Shown: positions 29,569 to 39,369 of the stretch, in pieces
Layout: each line of letters opens with the position of its first letter
Position numbering within the stretch: position 1 is the stretch's first letter
From: Candidatus Omnitrophota bacterium
GTDB lineage: Bacteria > Omnitrophota > Omnitrophia > Omnitrophales > Aquincolibacteriaceae
Direction of reading: 5' to 3'
DNA length: 64,000 nucleotides
Assembly: GCA_023247055.1 (NCBI GenBank)
Contig: JAHFHF010000002.1
Location: 16,710-80,709, forward strand
The notes under the pieces: model-generated
Seen by the model: the letters and a program-made list of their open reading frames with translations, nothing else
What the model was told of the DNA's origin: nothing
Databases searched by the model: none
Position numbers and translations under genes: made by a program

Positions 29569-31474
29569 TAGGAACTTTGTCCCCTTGCTCTTCCTGAACT
29601 GCCTGGCGCAGCATGCGGCAATAGAGATCAAAACCGACCGCATGAATAAAGCCGCTTTGTTCATGGCCCAGAATATTGCCTGCCCCGCGGATTTCCAGAT
29701 CTTCCATGGCAATTTTGAAACCCGACCCAAGCTCGGTAAAACGTTCGATCGCCGCTAGACGCTTTTCAGCATCCCGCGTCAAAACCCAGTTTTTAGGCAC
29801 CAGAAAATACGCATAGGCCTGGCGCTTCTCGCGGAAGCGCCCGACGCGGCCGCGCAGCTGGTAAAGATCGGCCAGACCAAAGGCGTCCGCGCGGTTGACA
29901 AAGATCGTATTGACGTTAGGAATGTCGAGTCCCGACTCAATGATGTTGGTCGACAAAAGACAGTCGAGTTTTTGTTCCATAAAAGCTTTCATCACGGCCT
30001 CGAGTTCCTGCGGATCCATTTGGCCGTGCGCCACGCCAAAGCGCACATCCGGCATGAGTTTTACAAGCTGAGCATGGATTTTTTCGATGGAAGCCACGCG
30101 GTTATGCACAAAATAACATTGGCCGCCCCGTTCAAATTCGCGGCGCATGCCCTGCACGATCCGCTGGTCGCTGTATTCAAGCACATACGTTTCGACCGCA
30201 AGGCGGTTCTTCGGCGGTGTATTGATCACCGACATGTCGCGCACACCCATCAAGGACAAATAAAGCGTGCGCGGAATCGGCGTGGCAGTCAGCGTCAACA
30301 CGTCCACCACGGCACGGTATTTTTTTAATTTTTCTTTATGCCGTACGCCAAAGCGCTGCTCTTCGTCAATCACGACCAGGCCAAGATCTTTAAACTGGAC
30401 ATCTTTGGAAAGCAAACGGTGCGTGCCGATCAAAATATCAACGGCCCCTTCACGGGCCGCGCGCATGATGCCCAGCTGTTCCCTGCGCCCGCGAAAACGC
30501 GACAAGACTTCCACGGTCACAGGGAAAGTGCGCAGCCGCTGTTTTAGAACCAGGTAATGCTGCTCCGCCAGCACGGTGGTAGGCACTAAAATCGCCACTT
30601 GCCTGCCGCCTGTCACCGCTTTAAACGCCGCGCGCATGGCCACCTCGGTTTTACCGTAGCCCACATCGCCGCAAAGCAGGCGGTCCATGGGTTTCGCCGA
30701 TTCCATGTCCGCTTTGACTTCGCTAATGGCCGTCGCTTGGTCCGGCGTTTCTTCAAAAGGAAACTCCGCTTCAAATTGGCTTTGCCACTCTTGGTCTTTG
30801 GGAAAAGCAAAGCCCTTTTCAACGCTGCGCTTTGCCTGCACTTCGAGCAGATCGCGCGCGACCGATACCACGGCCCGGCGCGTGCGTTCCTTGACGCGCT
30901 GCCAATCTTTCGTATGAATGCGGGTCAGTTTCGGGGCGTACCCCTCGCCGCCGATATAGCGCTCGAGCGGCTCATGCATGTCAAAGTACAAGATTTCACG
31001 GTCCGCATATTCCACGGCCAGATGCCGTTTGCGCTGGCCTTTGATTTGAATGGTCTTGGTACCCAGAAAACGGCCAATCCCGTATTCCAAATGCACGACA
31101 TAATCGCCCGCCTTCAAATCGGTGCTGTCGCTGAGCGATTCAAAGGCTTCGAATTTTTCGCGCAGGCGCGAAATTTTTTTACGGAAGGGGTCTGTGACGG
31201 GAAGGATAAAAACTTCTTCGAAAACCGTATAAACTTGGCCGTCGACGGGAGAAAAATCCCGGATTGAGACCAGACGATCGGCCTCAAATTCCAGCCGCAC
31301 CGGCGAGCGGTAGGTCACGGGGTAAATATCCAGAGTCGCGCCGCGCAGGCTAAACTCACCCGGATGCGCCACAAAATCTTTTTTTTCGTAATGCAGATTG
31401 AAAACAAAATCCTCAAGGGCTGCGCGGGGAAAAGAGTCGCCGACTTTTAAAACTTTGGGGGAATGGGAGTTCAT
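29540..31474 (-). CDS. mfd: Transcription-repair coupling factor, short form (RNAP-interacting domain D4 plus the D5/D6 translocase core; no D1a/D2 N-terminal region and no D7)
   Basis: 644 aa; RID-like [11 protein letters not shown]...; helicase motifs [26 protein letters not shown] and QLRGRVGR; the last 10 codons ([10 protein letters not shown]) are read from the repeat hairpin. Confidence 0.78.
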   Translation of the reverse strand: MNSHSPKVLKVGDSFPRAALEDFVFNLHYEKKDFVAHPGEFSLRGATLDIYPVTYRSPVRLEFEADRLVSIRDFSPVDGQVYTVFEEVFILPVTDPFRKKISRLREKFEAFESLSDSTDLKAGDYVVHLEYGIGRFLGTKTIQIKGQRKRHLAVEYADREILYFDMHEPLERYIGGEGYAPKLTRIHTKDWQRVKERTRRAVVSVARDLLEVQAKRSVEKGFAFPKDQEWQSQFEAEFPFEETPDQATAISEVKADMESAKPMDRLLCGDVGYGKTEVAMRAAFKAVTGGRQVAILVPTTVLAEQHYLVLKQRLRTFPVTVEVLSRFRGRREQLGIMRAAREGAVDILIGTHRLLSKDVQFKDLGLVVIDEEQRFGVRHKEKLKKYRAVVDVLTLTATPIPRTLYLSLMGVRDMSVINTPPKNRLAVETYVLEYSDQRIVQGMRREFERGGQCYFVHNRVASIEKIHAQLVKLMPDVRFGVAHGQMDPQELEAVMKAFMEQKLDCLLSTNIIESGLDIPNVNTIFVNRADAFGLADLYQLRGRVGRFREKRQAYAYFLVPKNWVLTRDAEKRLAAIERFTELGSGFKIAMEDLEIRGAGNILGHEQSGFIHAVGFDLYCRMLRQAVQEEQGDKVPKIPAKNLRE

Positions 31475-31493
31475 AGAAGCCGAAGTCCTTCGT

Positions 31494-31580
31494 TTGTCAT
31501 CCTGAACGCAGTGAAGGATCTCAAAGCCCTGAGATTCTTCGCCCGCCGCTTAAACTTCGGCGGGCTCAGAATGGCAGCGT
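31494..31580. repeat. Type-3 repeat (TTTGTCATCCTGAACG ... gtgaaggatctcaaagccctgagattcttcgc ... GC hairpin)
   Basis: Core shared with the 61838-61919 copy; internal hairpin gcccgccg-cttaaactt-cggcgggc. Confidence 0.65.
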
Positions 31581-31592
31581 TAAATTGGCTTA

Positions 31593-32792
31593 TTAACGTT
31601 GCGCCGAAGCGGGGTGGGGGTTATGTTTGTTAAGCCAGCCAGCCAGGCGCAGGACGGCTTTCTCCAGATTCTTTTCGGAGGTAGCAAAACTCATGCGGAT
31701 GTGGCGGTCGCTTCCAAAAGGCAGGCCCGGAACGACAGCCAGCGCAATTTCTTCCAGCAGGGCTTCGGAAAGTTTCAGCGAGCCCATACCCGTTTCCGCA
31801 ATATCGACAAAAAGATAAAAGGCGCCTTCCGGACGAAAAGGTTTGAGTTTCGGCAGACGGCTGATCTGTTCATAAAACCAGGTGCGCCTTTTTTCAAAAA
31901 CTTCGCACATGGCTTTGGCATCGGCCGCGCCTTGTTCCAGCGCCGCCAATCCGCCTGATTGAGCAAAGGACGTCGGATTAGACGTCGAATGGCTTTGAAA
32001 ACCGGCTACGGCTTTTGCGGCGTCCTTCATCGGAAAAGCCGCATAGCCCAAACGCCAGCCGGTCATCGCGTAGGATTTGCTCATGCCGTTGACCAGAATA
32101 GTACGGGCTCCCACTTCGGGATCAAGCTGGGCGATCGAGTAATGTTTACGGCCGTCATAAACCAGCGTTTCGTAAATTTCATCGCTTACAACCGTTACAT
32201 GCGGATGTTTTTTTAAAACCGCCACAAGCGCCTGCAATTCTTCTTTGGAGTAAACCGCACCCGTGGGATTGGACGGGGAATTAATGACAAAGATTTTTGT
32301 TTTAGGCGTAATGGCTTTTTCAAGCGCGGCCGGCAAAACTTTAAAGCCGCTGGCCTGTGCCGTTTCAATAAAAACGGATTTTGCGCCAAACATCTGCGCC
32401 ATTTCAGGGTAACTCAGCCAAAAAGGCGAAGGAATAATGACTTCATCGCCTTCATTTAAAAGCGCGAAAAAAATATTAAACAGGGAATGCTTGGCGCCGC
32501 AGCTCACCACGATTTGATCCGGCGCAAATTTCAGGCCCTGATCGCGCTCCAGTTTGGCGCAAACGGCTTTACGCAGTTCAACCGTACCTGCGGCCGCCGT
32601 GTAGCGCGTAAACCCGCTCTGCATGGCCTTGATCGCGGCTTGCTGGATGAACGCCGGCGTGTCGAAGTCAGGCTCGCCTGCGCTGAGGGAGATGATATCT
32701 TTGCCTTGAGCTTTGAGTTCTTTGGCCTTGGCTTCAATACCCAGCGTCACGGAGGGGGTGATCGATTGGACGCGTTTGGAAAGATTACTCAT
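31593..32792 (-). CDS. aspC: Aspartate/aromatic aminotransferase (class I)
   Basis: PLP motifs SKSYAMTGWRLGY; start reassigned to the ATG at 32792 (MSNLSK), since the track ORF overlaps rplQ. Confidence 0.85.
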   Translation of the reverse strand: MSNLSKRVQSITPSVTLGIEAKAKELKAQGKDIISLSAGEPDFDTPAFIQQAAIKAMQSGFTRYTAAAGTVELRKAVCAKLERDQGLKFAPDQIVVSCGAKHSLFNIFFALLNEGDEVIIPSPFWLSYPEMAQMFGAKSVFIETAQASGFKVLPAALEKAITPKTKIFVINSPSNPTGAVYSKEELQALVAVLKKHPHVTVVSDEIYETLVYDGRKHYSIAQLDPEVGARTILVNGMSKSYAMTGWRLGYAAFPMKDAAKAVAGFQSHSTSNPTSFAQSGGLAALEQGAADAKAMCEVFEKRRTWFYEQISRLPKLKPFRPEGAFYLFVDIAETGMGSLKLSEALLEEIALAVVPGLPFGSDRHIRMSFATSEKNLEKAVLRLAGWLNKHNPHPASAQR

Positions 32793-32886
32793 AGGTTTAA
32801 GAAACACGGGTTTGAAGCGGAGCCTGGGAAAATAGGGACAGGTCGAAAAGCATGGACCTGTCCCTTCAATCATCAGCCAACTTAAA

Positions 32887-33462
32887 TTATTCGTCGCCTT
32901 TAAGAAATTTACGGAGAGAACCCAGAAACCCGCCTTTTTTCTCGGATTCTTTTTTCTCGTCCGCGGCTTCAGGCGATTTCTCAGCGGGCTTGGCCTTTGA
33001 AGCCTTGTCCGATTTTTTCGTTTCAGGCTTTTCCACGGCGCTTTCGGCTTTAGCGGCCTTGCCGGGTTTTTCAGCCTTGGCTTTCTTGGCCTTTTTCGGA
33101 GCTTCGATGACGGCCGTAAATTCCAAAAGCGCCATATCGCTGTTGTCACCGGGACGGGGCATCAGCCGGAGCACGCGCGTGTAGCCGCCCTGGCGTTCCT
33201 TGAAATGAGGCGCAATTTGTTTGACCAGCTGGCCGGCAGCATCCGGACATCCAAGTTCCGAAATCAAGAGGCGCTGAGAATGGAGCGTCCCCTGCTTGGC
33301 CAGAGTCACCATCTTGTCGGCAAACGCACTGGCTTCCTTGGCCCGGGCAAGCGTGGTACGGATGCGTTTACGCTCAACCAGACTTTTGACCAGATTGCGC
33401 AAGAGGGCGCGCCGGTGCTGTGTCCTGACTCCTAATTTACGTCTTAACCTTTGATGCCGCAT
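32887..33462 (-). CDS. rplQ: 50S ribosomal protein L17 with a roughly 70-aa Lys/Ala/Glu-rich C-terminal tail
   Basis: N-terminal MRHQRLRRKLGVRTQHRRALLRNL; the tail is AKKAKAEKPGKAAKAESAVEKPETKK... Confidence 0.92.
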   Translation of the reverse strand: MRHQRLRRKLGVRTQHRRALLRNLVKSLVERKRIRTTLARAKEASAFADKMVTLAKQGTLHSQRLLISELGCPDAAGQLVKQIAPHFKERQGGYTRVLRLMPRPGDNSDMALLEFTAVIEAPKKAKKAKAEKPGKAAKAESAVEKPETKKSDKASKAKPAEKSPEAADEKKESEKKGGFLGSLRKFLKGDE

Positions 33463-33474
33463 AAAAAAATCCTT

Positions 33475-34488
33475 TTAAGCCTGAGCAACCGCTTTGCTGG
33501 CAGCTCCCGGCTTTCCTTTCAAACGCTCTTCGGTATTCATGCCTAACGTCAGGCCCATGGGCGTCAAAATGCTCATGATTTCCGAAAGTGATTTTTTGCC
33601 AAAATTTTTGTATTTCAGCATTTCCGCTTCACTCTTCTGCACAAGATCGCCGATCGTTTTGATCTGAGCCGCTTCCAGGCAGTTCGCGCTGCGGACCGAG
33701 AGTTCAAGTTCGCTGATGGGCTTGTTGATGATCTCGCGGAATGATTCGTCCTCTTCCTCTTCTTCTTCCTCTTCTTCTTCAGGCAGTTCGCCGTAGTTGA
33801 CGAAGATATCGAGGTGGCGCTGGAGAATATTGGAGGCATAAAGCAGCGCCTCTTCAGGGCCCATAGCACCATTGGTTGTGATTTCCAGAATCAACCGGTC
33901 ATAATCGGTAATCTGACCGACGCGGGTTTCTTCGACCGTGTAGTTGACTTTCACCACGGGCGAGAACAGAGAGTCCACCGGCACAAGACCGATCGGCGCC
34001 CCTTCTTTTTTATTTTTCTCGGCCGAAACATACCCGCGGCCGCGGCTGACTTCCATTTCAAGCCGGAATGGCACGTTTTTGGTTAATGTACAGATGTGCA
34101 TATCCGGATTGACGATTTCAATCGTCTCATCGGCCTGGATATCACGCGCCGTGATCGGACCCTGGTTTTTGACATTGATAAACACCTGCTTGCTGCCTTT
34201 GCCGTGATAGCGGAAAGCCAGTTTCTTGATATTGAGCACAATCTGGGCGCCGTCTTCAAGTACGCCATCGAGCGATGAAAACTCATGCAGCATCCCGTCA
34301 ATCTTGATGCTCGTCACTGCAGCGCCGTCAATAGACGAAATCAGAACGCGGCGCAGCGAGTTGCCGATGGTCGTGCCGTAGCCGCGTTCAAAAGGCTCCG
34401 CCACAAACTTGCCATAAGTTTTTGTCAAACTGGCCTTGTCGACCTCAAGCCGCTTCGGCATTTCAAACGTTTTCCAGCGAATTCCCAT
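33475..34488 (-). CDS. rpoA: DNA-directed RNA polymerase subunit alpha
   Basis: 337 aa; NTD and CTD present; a poly-Glu run (EEEEEEEEED) in the linker. Confidence 0.95.
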   Translation of the reverse strand: MGIRWKTFEMPKRLEVDKASLTKTYGKFVAEPFERGYGTTIGNSLRRVLISSIDGAAVTSIKIDGMLHEFSSLDGVLEDGAQIVLNIKKLAFRYHGKGSKQVFINVKNQGPITARDIQADETIEIVNPDMHICTLTKNVPFRLEMEVSRGRGYVSAEKNKKEGAPIGLVPVDSLFSPVVKVNYTVEETRVGQITDYDRLILEITTNGAMGPEEALLYASNILQRHLDIFVNYGELPEEEEEEEEEEDESFREIINKPISELELSVRSANCLEAAQIKTIGDLVQKSEAEMLKYKNFGKKSLSEIMSILTPMGLTLGMNTEERLKGKPGAASKAVAQA

Positions 34489-34560
34489 TTTATTCTCCTC
34501 CTAAGTGACGATTAATCTTCATGCGGGGCTGCCGCCTAAAAAAACGCCGTTAAAATTACG

Positions 34561-35187
34561 TTATTTGGAATACAACTCAACGATCAACGATTCCTCAACC
34601 GGCAGCTGGGCATCCGCTTTTGTCGGAAGCCGGAGCACTTTCGCTTCCAGCGAATTCCGGTCGAGCGACAGCCAGTCAGAAACCTGCAGGTCATCGACCA
34701 GCTGCAAATGCGCTTTGACGCGGTTGATGGTTTTCTCTTTATTGCGCGGCGTGATGACATCCCCTTCGCGCACAATGTAAGACGGAATATTGACCGGCCG
34801 GCCGTTCACAAAAATAAGGCCGTGGCTGACCATCTGACGTGCTTCGCGGCGAGTTGAAGCAAACAGAAGCCGGTAGACCACGTTGTCGAGACGGCTTTCC
34901 AGAAGCTGGATGAGCGTCTCGCCCGTCACACCCTTTTTGCTTGCGGCGCGATGGAAGAAAACCCGGAATTGGCGCTCGAGCATGCCGTAGATCCTCTTCA
35001 GCTTCTGCTTTTCCCGCATCTGTACACCGTAGTCGGACATTTTCTTGACGCGCATCTTGCCGTGCTGACCGGGAGGCTGCGCAAGGCGTTTGGCCACCTT
35101 GTCATCATTGCGGCGGCTGCCTTTCAGCAGCAAGTTGACGCCTTCGCGGCGCGAAAGACGTACAGCGGGACCGGTGTATCTTCCCAT
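34561..35187 (-). CDS. rpsD: 30S ribosomal protein S4
   Basis: Start at MGRYTGP (ATG 35187) with RBS AAGGAGAG; the track ORF is over-extended. Confidence 0.92.
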   Translation of the reverse strand: MGRYTGPAVRLSRREGVNLLLKGSRRNDDKVAKRLAQPPGQHGKMRVKKMSDYGVQMREKQKLKRIYGMLERQFRVFFHRAASKKGVTGETLIQLLESRLDNVVYRLLFASTRREARQMVSHGLIFVNGRPVNIPSYIVREGDVITPRNKEKTINRVKAHLQLVDDLQVSDWLSLDRNSLEAKVLRLPTKADAQLPVEESLIVELYSK

Positions 35188-35191
35188 AAAA

Positions 35192-35563
35192 TTAAACTCT
35201 CCTTTTCTTCGGCGGCCTGCAGCCGTTATGCGGCACAGGGGTAATATCAAAAATGGTGCTGATCGCAAGACCCGCGGCCTGAAGGGCGCGAATGGCGGAC
35301 TCGCGGCCGGATCCGGGACCCTTCACATGCACCACGACATCTTTCATTCCAAACTCAAGGGCTTTACGGGCGGCTTGCTCTGAAGCAACCTGCGCGGCAA
35401 AAGGCGTTGATTTCTTGGAACCTTTAAACCCTGCGGCGCCTGAAGAAGCCCAGCAAAGCGTATTGCCCTGCATGTCGGTCACGGTGATGATCGTATTATT
35501 AAAAGTGGCGACGATATGGACGATACCGCGCGCAACATGCTTTTGTTTTTTCTTCTTGCTCAT
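35192..35563 (-). CDS. rpsK: 30S ribosomal protein S11
   Basis: 123 aa; conserved [18 protein letters not shown]. Confidence 0.95.
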   Translation of the reverse strand: MSKKKKQKHVARGIVHIVATFNNTIITVTDMQGNTLCWASSGAAGFKGSKKSTPFAAQVASEQAARKALEFGMKDVVVHVKGPGSGRESAIRALQAAGLAISTIFDITPVPHNGCRPPKKRRV

Positions 35564-35613
35564 GAAATTCTCCCGTTAAACTGACTTTGAATGACGCCCC
35601 AAAACAACCCGCG

Positions 35614-36000
35614 TTACTTAGGTGAGGGCGGTTTTCTGTTCACTCCGCCGACCACTTTGCGGGGCCCCTTACGGGTACGCGCATTGGTGTGAGAACGCTG
35701 CCCGCGGACCGGAAGGCCGCGTAAGTGACGGGTGCCCCGGTACGAGCGAATATCGATCAAACGGCGGATATTCTGCTGGATTTCCCGGCGCAGGTCCCCT
35801 TCGACTTTAGCGGTCTTCTGAATCACAGTTGTAATCGCAGAAATTTCTTTTTCTGTAAGATCCTTAGCGCGCTTAAGAGGCTCCACCTGGGCTTCCGTAA
35901 GAATCCGGCGTGAAAGCGTCCGCCCAATCCCATAGATATAAGTCAGGGCAATCTCTGTCACTTTATCGCGCGGAACGTCAACTCCCAAAATACGAGGCAT
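35614..36000 (-). CDS. rpsM: 30S ribosomal protein S13
   Basis: [14 protein letters not shown]-terminus. Confidence 0.95.
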   Translation of the reverse strand: MPRILGVDVPRDKVTEIALTYIYGIGRTLSRRILTEAQVEPLKRAKDLTEKEISAITTVIQKTAKVEGDLRREIQQNIRRLIDIRSYRGTRHLRGLPVRGQRSHTNARTRKGPRKVVGGVNRKPPSPK

Positions 36001-36036
36001 GTTTAACCCTTTCTCTTACTGCGCAAAACGCGGGGA

Positions 36037-36153
36037 TCAACCCTGGCGCTGTTTGTGTTTTGGATTCGTCTTGCAAATAATATAGATGACGCGCTTGCGC
36101 CGTATAATTTTGCAGTGCTCACAAATTCTTTTGACTGAACTTCTGACTTTCAT
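36037..36153 (-). CDS. rpmJ: 50S ribosomal protein L36
   Basis: [38 protein letters not shown], with the Cx2Cx12Cx4H zinc-ribbon motif; not in the track (under 60 aa). Confidence 0.9.
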   Translation of the reverse strand: MKVRSSVKRICEHCKIIRRKRVIYIICKTNPKHKQRQG

Positions 36154-36168
36154 AAATTGATTCCTGTT

Positions 36169-36199
36169 TGTCATTCCCGCATGCTTTTGGCGGGAATCT
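36169..36199. repeat. Isolated type-1 terminal hairpin (tgtcattcccgc-atgcttttg-gcgggaatc) followed by a T-tract
   Basis: Identical to the hairpin that ends the arrays at 21173 and 59563. Confidence 0.7.
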
Positions 36200-36298
36200 G
36201 CGTTTTTTGTTGTTTCTAAATTTCTTTGTCAAAAACTTAACTTGCCCGATCCTCGACTAAAGCATTCGAGGATGACCAGACACATCAGCGTCGTCTGG

Positions 36299-36517
36299 TC
36301 ATTTCACGCGGAAGGTAATCCGTCCCCGCGTCAAATCATAAGGCGAAAGTTCAACTTTCACCCGGTCGCCGGCCAGGATGCGAATATAATTCATACGCAT
36401 CTTTCCGGAAACGTGCGCTAAAACTTTGTGGCCGTTATCCAGCCCCACGCGGAACATGGCGTTCGGAAGCGGTTCAATCACCGTTCCCTCAACTTCAATC
36501 GCATCTTCCTTAGGCAT
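36299..36517 (-). CDS. infA: Translation initiation factor IF-1
   Basis: 72 aa; S1-like OB fold, [13 protein letters not shown]... Confidence 0.95.
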   Translation of the reverse strand: MPKEDAIEVEGTVIEPLPNAMFRVGLDNGHKVLAHVSGKMRMNYIRILAGDRVKVELSPYDLTRGRITFRVK

Positions 36518-36520
36518 GGT

Positions 36521-37273
36521 CTAAATACTTTCTCCGGTTAAATTCATATAGCCATCCTCGGTAAAAGCGATGGTGTCTTCATAATGACTTGCCCATTTGC
36601 GGTCCCGCGTCACCACGGTCCAGCCGTCTTCCAACGTTTCAACGCCGTAGTGGCCTTCAGTCACCATCGGCTCAATGGCCAGCACCAAACCGGGTTGTAT
36701 TTTAAGGCCTTGTCCCGCTTTTCCATAATTAGGCACTGCCGGTTCTTCATGAATCGCGCGGCCGATGCCATGCCCCACATAATCACGCACGACCTGAAAG
36801 CCCTGACCCTCAATGTACTGCTGGATTTTCTCGGATAAATCACCGATGCGGCATCCGGGCTTATAAGCGCTCAAGCCTTCCAACAGCGATCCGCGGGCCG
36901 CGGCAGCCAGCCGCGCAATTTTATCGCTGACTTTGCCGACCACCCAGGTCCGCGCAGAGTCGGCATAATACCCGTTCACCTTAGCGCCGATGTCAAAACT
37001 GACCACATCGCCGGCCTTCAGTTTTCTCGGCCCCGGAATCCCGTGGACCACTTCTTCGTTTACGGAAATGCAGGCCGTTTTTGGAAAACCCCGGTAGCCT
37101 TTAAAAGCCGGCTCGCCTTTGGCCTTGCGAATGGTTTCTTCCGCAATAGCGTCCAAGTCATTGGTCGTTACACCCGCCTGAACAGCCGGTTCGACTTGTT
37201 TAAAAACCAGCTTCAAAATTTCGCCGGCTTGCCGCATGATTTCAATTTCGCGTTTTGATTTCAGCGAAATCAT
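36521..37273 (-). CDS. map: Methionine aminopeptidase (type I)
   Basis: 250 aa; metal-ligand residues in the conserved D...D...H...E...E pattern. Confidence 0.93.
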   Translation of the reverse strand: MISLKSKREIEIMRQAGEILKLVFKQVEPAVQAGVTTNDLDAIAEETIRKAKGEPAFKGYRGFPKTACISVNEEVVHGIPGPRKLKAGDVVSFDIGAKVNGYYADSARTWVVGKVSDKIARLAAAARGSLLEGLSAYKPGCRIGDLSEKIQQYIEGQGFQVVRDYVGHGIGRAIHEEPAVPNYGKAGQGLKIQPGLVLAIEPMVTEGHYGVETLEDGWTVVTRDRKWASHYEDTIAFTEDGYMNLTGESI

Positions 37274-37938
37274 ACGGTCAGTTTTAGCTTCTCAAAGAGC
37301 GTTTGGATTTCGTCCTGAAATTCATTGACGTCATAGTCGCCATGAAGGTCGTACAGGATGTTCTTGCGCCGGTAATAGCCGATCAAAGGCGCGGTTTCTT
37401 TTTGATACGTTTCAAGCCGGTGCCGGATCGTTTCAGGTTGATCGTCCTTGCGCTGCGTCAACGGCTGGCCGCACTTATCGCAAAGCCCCTCTTTTTTCGG
37501 ACGCAAAAGCGGGTTGCGAAGATGATAATTGGCGCCGCAGTTGGCGCAGACCCGGCGGCCTGAAAGCCGGGCAATAATCATGTCTTCCGAAGTATCAAAG
37601 TTCAAAACCGCATCTAGCGCCGAACGGTGTCCGGTCAAAAACTTATCAAGCGCCTCAGCCTGGCCAATCGTGCGCGGAAATCCGTCTAAGAGCACGCCTT
37701 TTTTCTGCAAAAAAGCCGCCTCAATCTCATGAAAAATAATCGAATTGACGAGATCATCGGAAACCAACTCGCCTTTTTCAATCACGTCTTTGGCTTTGCG
37801 GCCCAACTCCGTTTTATTACGGATATGCTGGCGCAAAATATCACCCGCGGCCAAAGGAACCAGCGAATACTTCTCACTCAAAATCGTCGCGTGCGTGCCC
37901 TTGCCTGCGCCGGGCGGTCCAATGAATACTACATTCAT
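37270..37938 (-). CDS. adk: Adenylate kinase
   Basis: GPPGAGKGT P-loop; zinc-binding lid with CANCGANY...CDKCG. Confidence 0.95.
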   Translation of the reverse strand: MNVVFIGPPGAGKGTHATILSEKYSLVPLAAGDILRQHIRNKTELGRKAKDVIEKGELVSDDLVNSIIFHEIEAAFLQKKGVLLDGFPRTIGQAEALDKFLTGHRSALDAVLNFDTSEDMIIARLSGRRVCANCGANYHLRNPLLRPKKEGLCDKCGQPLTQRKDDQPETIRHRLETYQKETAPLIGYYRRKNILYDLHGDYDVNEFQDEIQTLFEKLKLTV

Positions 37939-39293
37939 CAGCGCCGGGCCTTCAGCTTTCCTTTTTTGACAAAACCTTCATAGTGGCGCATCAAAAGCTG
38001 AGACTCGATCTGTTTCATCGTGTCCAAAATCACACCAACGATAATGAGAAGTCCCGTGCCGCCAAAAAAGCTGGCGATCAAAAAAGGAATGTTCAAAAGT
38101 TTTGGCGACGAAATAATTTGCGGGAACAGCGCAATGATCGCCAAAAAAACAGCCCCGCTTGCCGCAATGCGGGTCATGACATAATCCAGATATTCCGCCG
38201 TATTTTTTCCCGGCCGGATGCCCGGAACAAACCCGCCGAACTTCTGCAGATTTTCACTGACCTCAATGGGATTAAACGTAATCGCCGTATAAAAGAATGT
38301 GAAAAATAAAATCAAAAGGGCGTATAAAATCGAGTGCGCCGCCTGTCCCGGCGCCAAAGAATGAGCGGCCTGCGTTAAAAAGCCGGCGCCCGGAAAAAAC
38401 CCGGCAATCGTCGCGGGAAAAAGAATCACGGACTGCGCAAAAATAATCGGAATCACGCCCGCCTGATTAACTTTAAGCGGCAAAAACGTATTTTGCCCGC
38501 CATACATGCGATGCCCGCGGATCTGCTTGGCATACTGCACGGCAATCTTGCGCTGCCCCTGAATAATGAGAATAACGCCGACAACGGTGCCTATGAACAA
38601 AGCAATCATCAGCGCAAACTTCCACCAGGCCAATTCCTGCCGGCTCGAATCAAACGGCGAAAGCAGCAAAAATGTCTGCCACAGAGCCGTTGGAACGGAT
38701 TCGATAATACCCGCCGTAATCACAATCGAAATACCGTTACCGATGCCGTACTGATCGATTTGTTCACCCAGCCACATGATAAAGGCGGTGCCCGTCGTGA
38801 GAGTCAGCATGGTCATGAGGCGGAAGCCCCAGCCCGGATTCGGCACGATCACCGTTCCCTGAAACGCATTTGGATTTTCCAGCCAAAGCGAAATGAAAAA
38901 CGTCTGGATCAATCCCAGAATGACCGTGCCGTAGCGCGTATACTGAATGATTTTTTTACGGCCTTCTTCACCTTCTTTGGCCATTTTCTCAAGCTGCGGA
39001 ATGACGACGGTCAACAGCTGTAAAATAATGGACGCCGAGACGTAGGGCATAATGCCCAGCGCAAAGATGGTCGCCTTCTGCAGGGCGCCGCCTGAAAACA
39101 TTCCCATAATGCCAAAGAGCGTTCCGCCCGGAGTGTGCGAAATGCTTTGAAAAAACCGCGCCAGCGCCGTGCCGTCAATACCGGGCGTTGGAACGTAAGC
39201 ACCAATCCGGTATACAATGATAATGGCGAGCGTAAAAAGCACTTTCGCGCGCAAGTCCGGAATCTTGAAAATATTCGTATATGCTTTTAACAT
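37938..39293 (-). CDS. secY: Preprotein translocase subunit SecY
   Basis: 451 aa; 10 TM segments. Confidence 0.95.
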   Translation of the reverse strand: MLKAYTNIFKIPDLRAKVLFTLAIIIVYRIGAYVPTPGIDGTALARFFQSISHTPGGTLFGIMGMFSGGALQKATIFALGIMPYVSASIILQLLTVVIPQLEKMAKEGEEGRKKIIQYTRYGTVILGLIQTFFISLWLENPNAFQGTVIVPNPGWGFRLMTMLTLTTGTAFIMWLGEQIDQYGIGNGISIVITAGIIESVPTALWQTFLLLSPFDSSRQELAWWKFALMIALFIGTVVGVILIIQGQRKIAVQYAKQIRGHRMYGGQNTFLPLKVNQAGVIPIIFAQSVILFPATIAGFFPGAGFLTQAAHSLAPGQAAHSILYALLILFFTFFYTAITFNPIEVSENLQKFGGFVPGIRPGKNTAEYLDYVMTRIAASGAVFLAIIALFPQIISSPKLLNIPFLIASFFGGTGLLIIVGVILDTMKQIESQLLMRHYEGFVKKGKLKARR

Positions 39294-39369
39294 TCCGCTG
39301 TCGTTGGGTCTTTAATGCGACGGAAAATGACCGCTGCCCATCTCATCCGGGCAGGGCGGCTAAGTCGGC

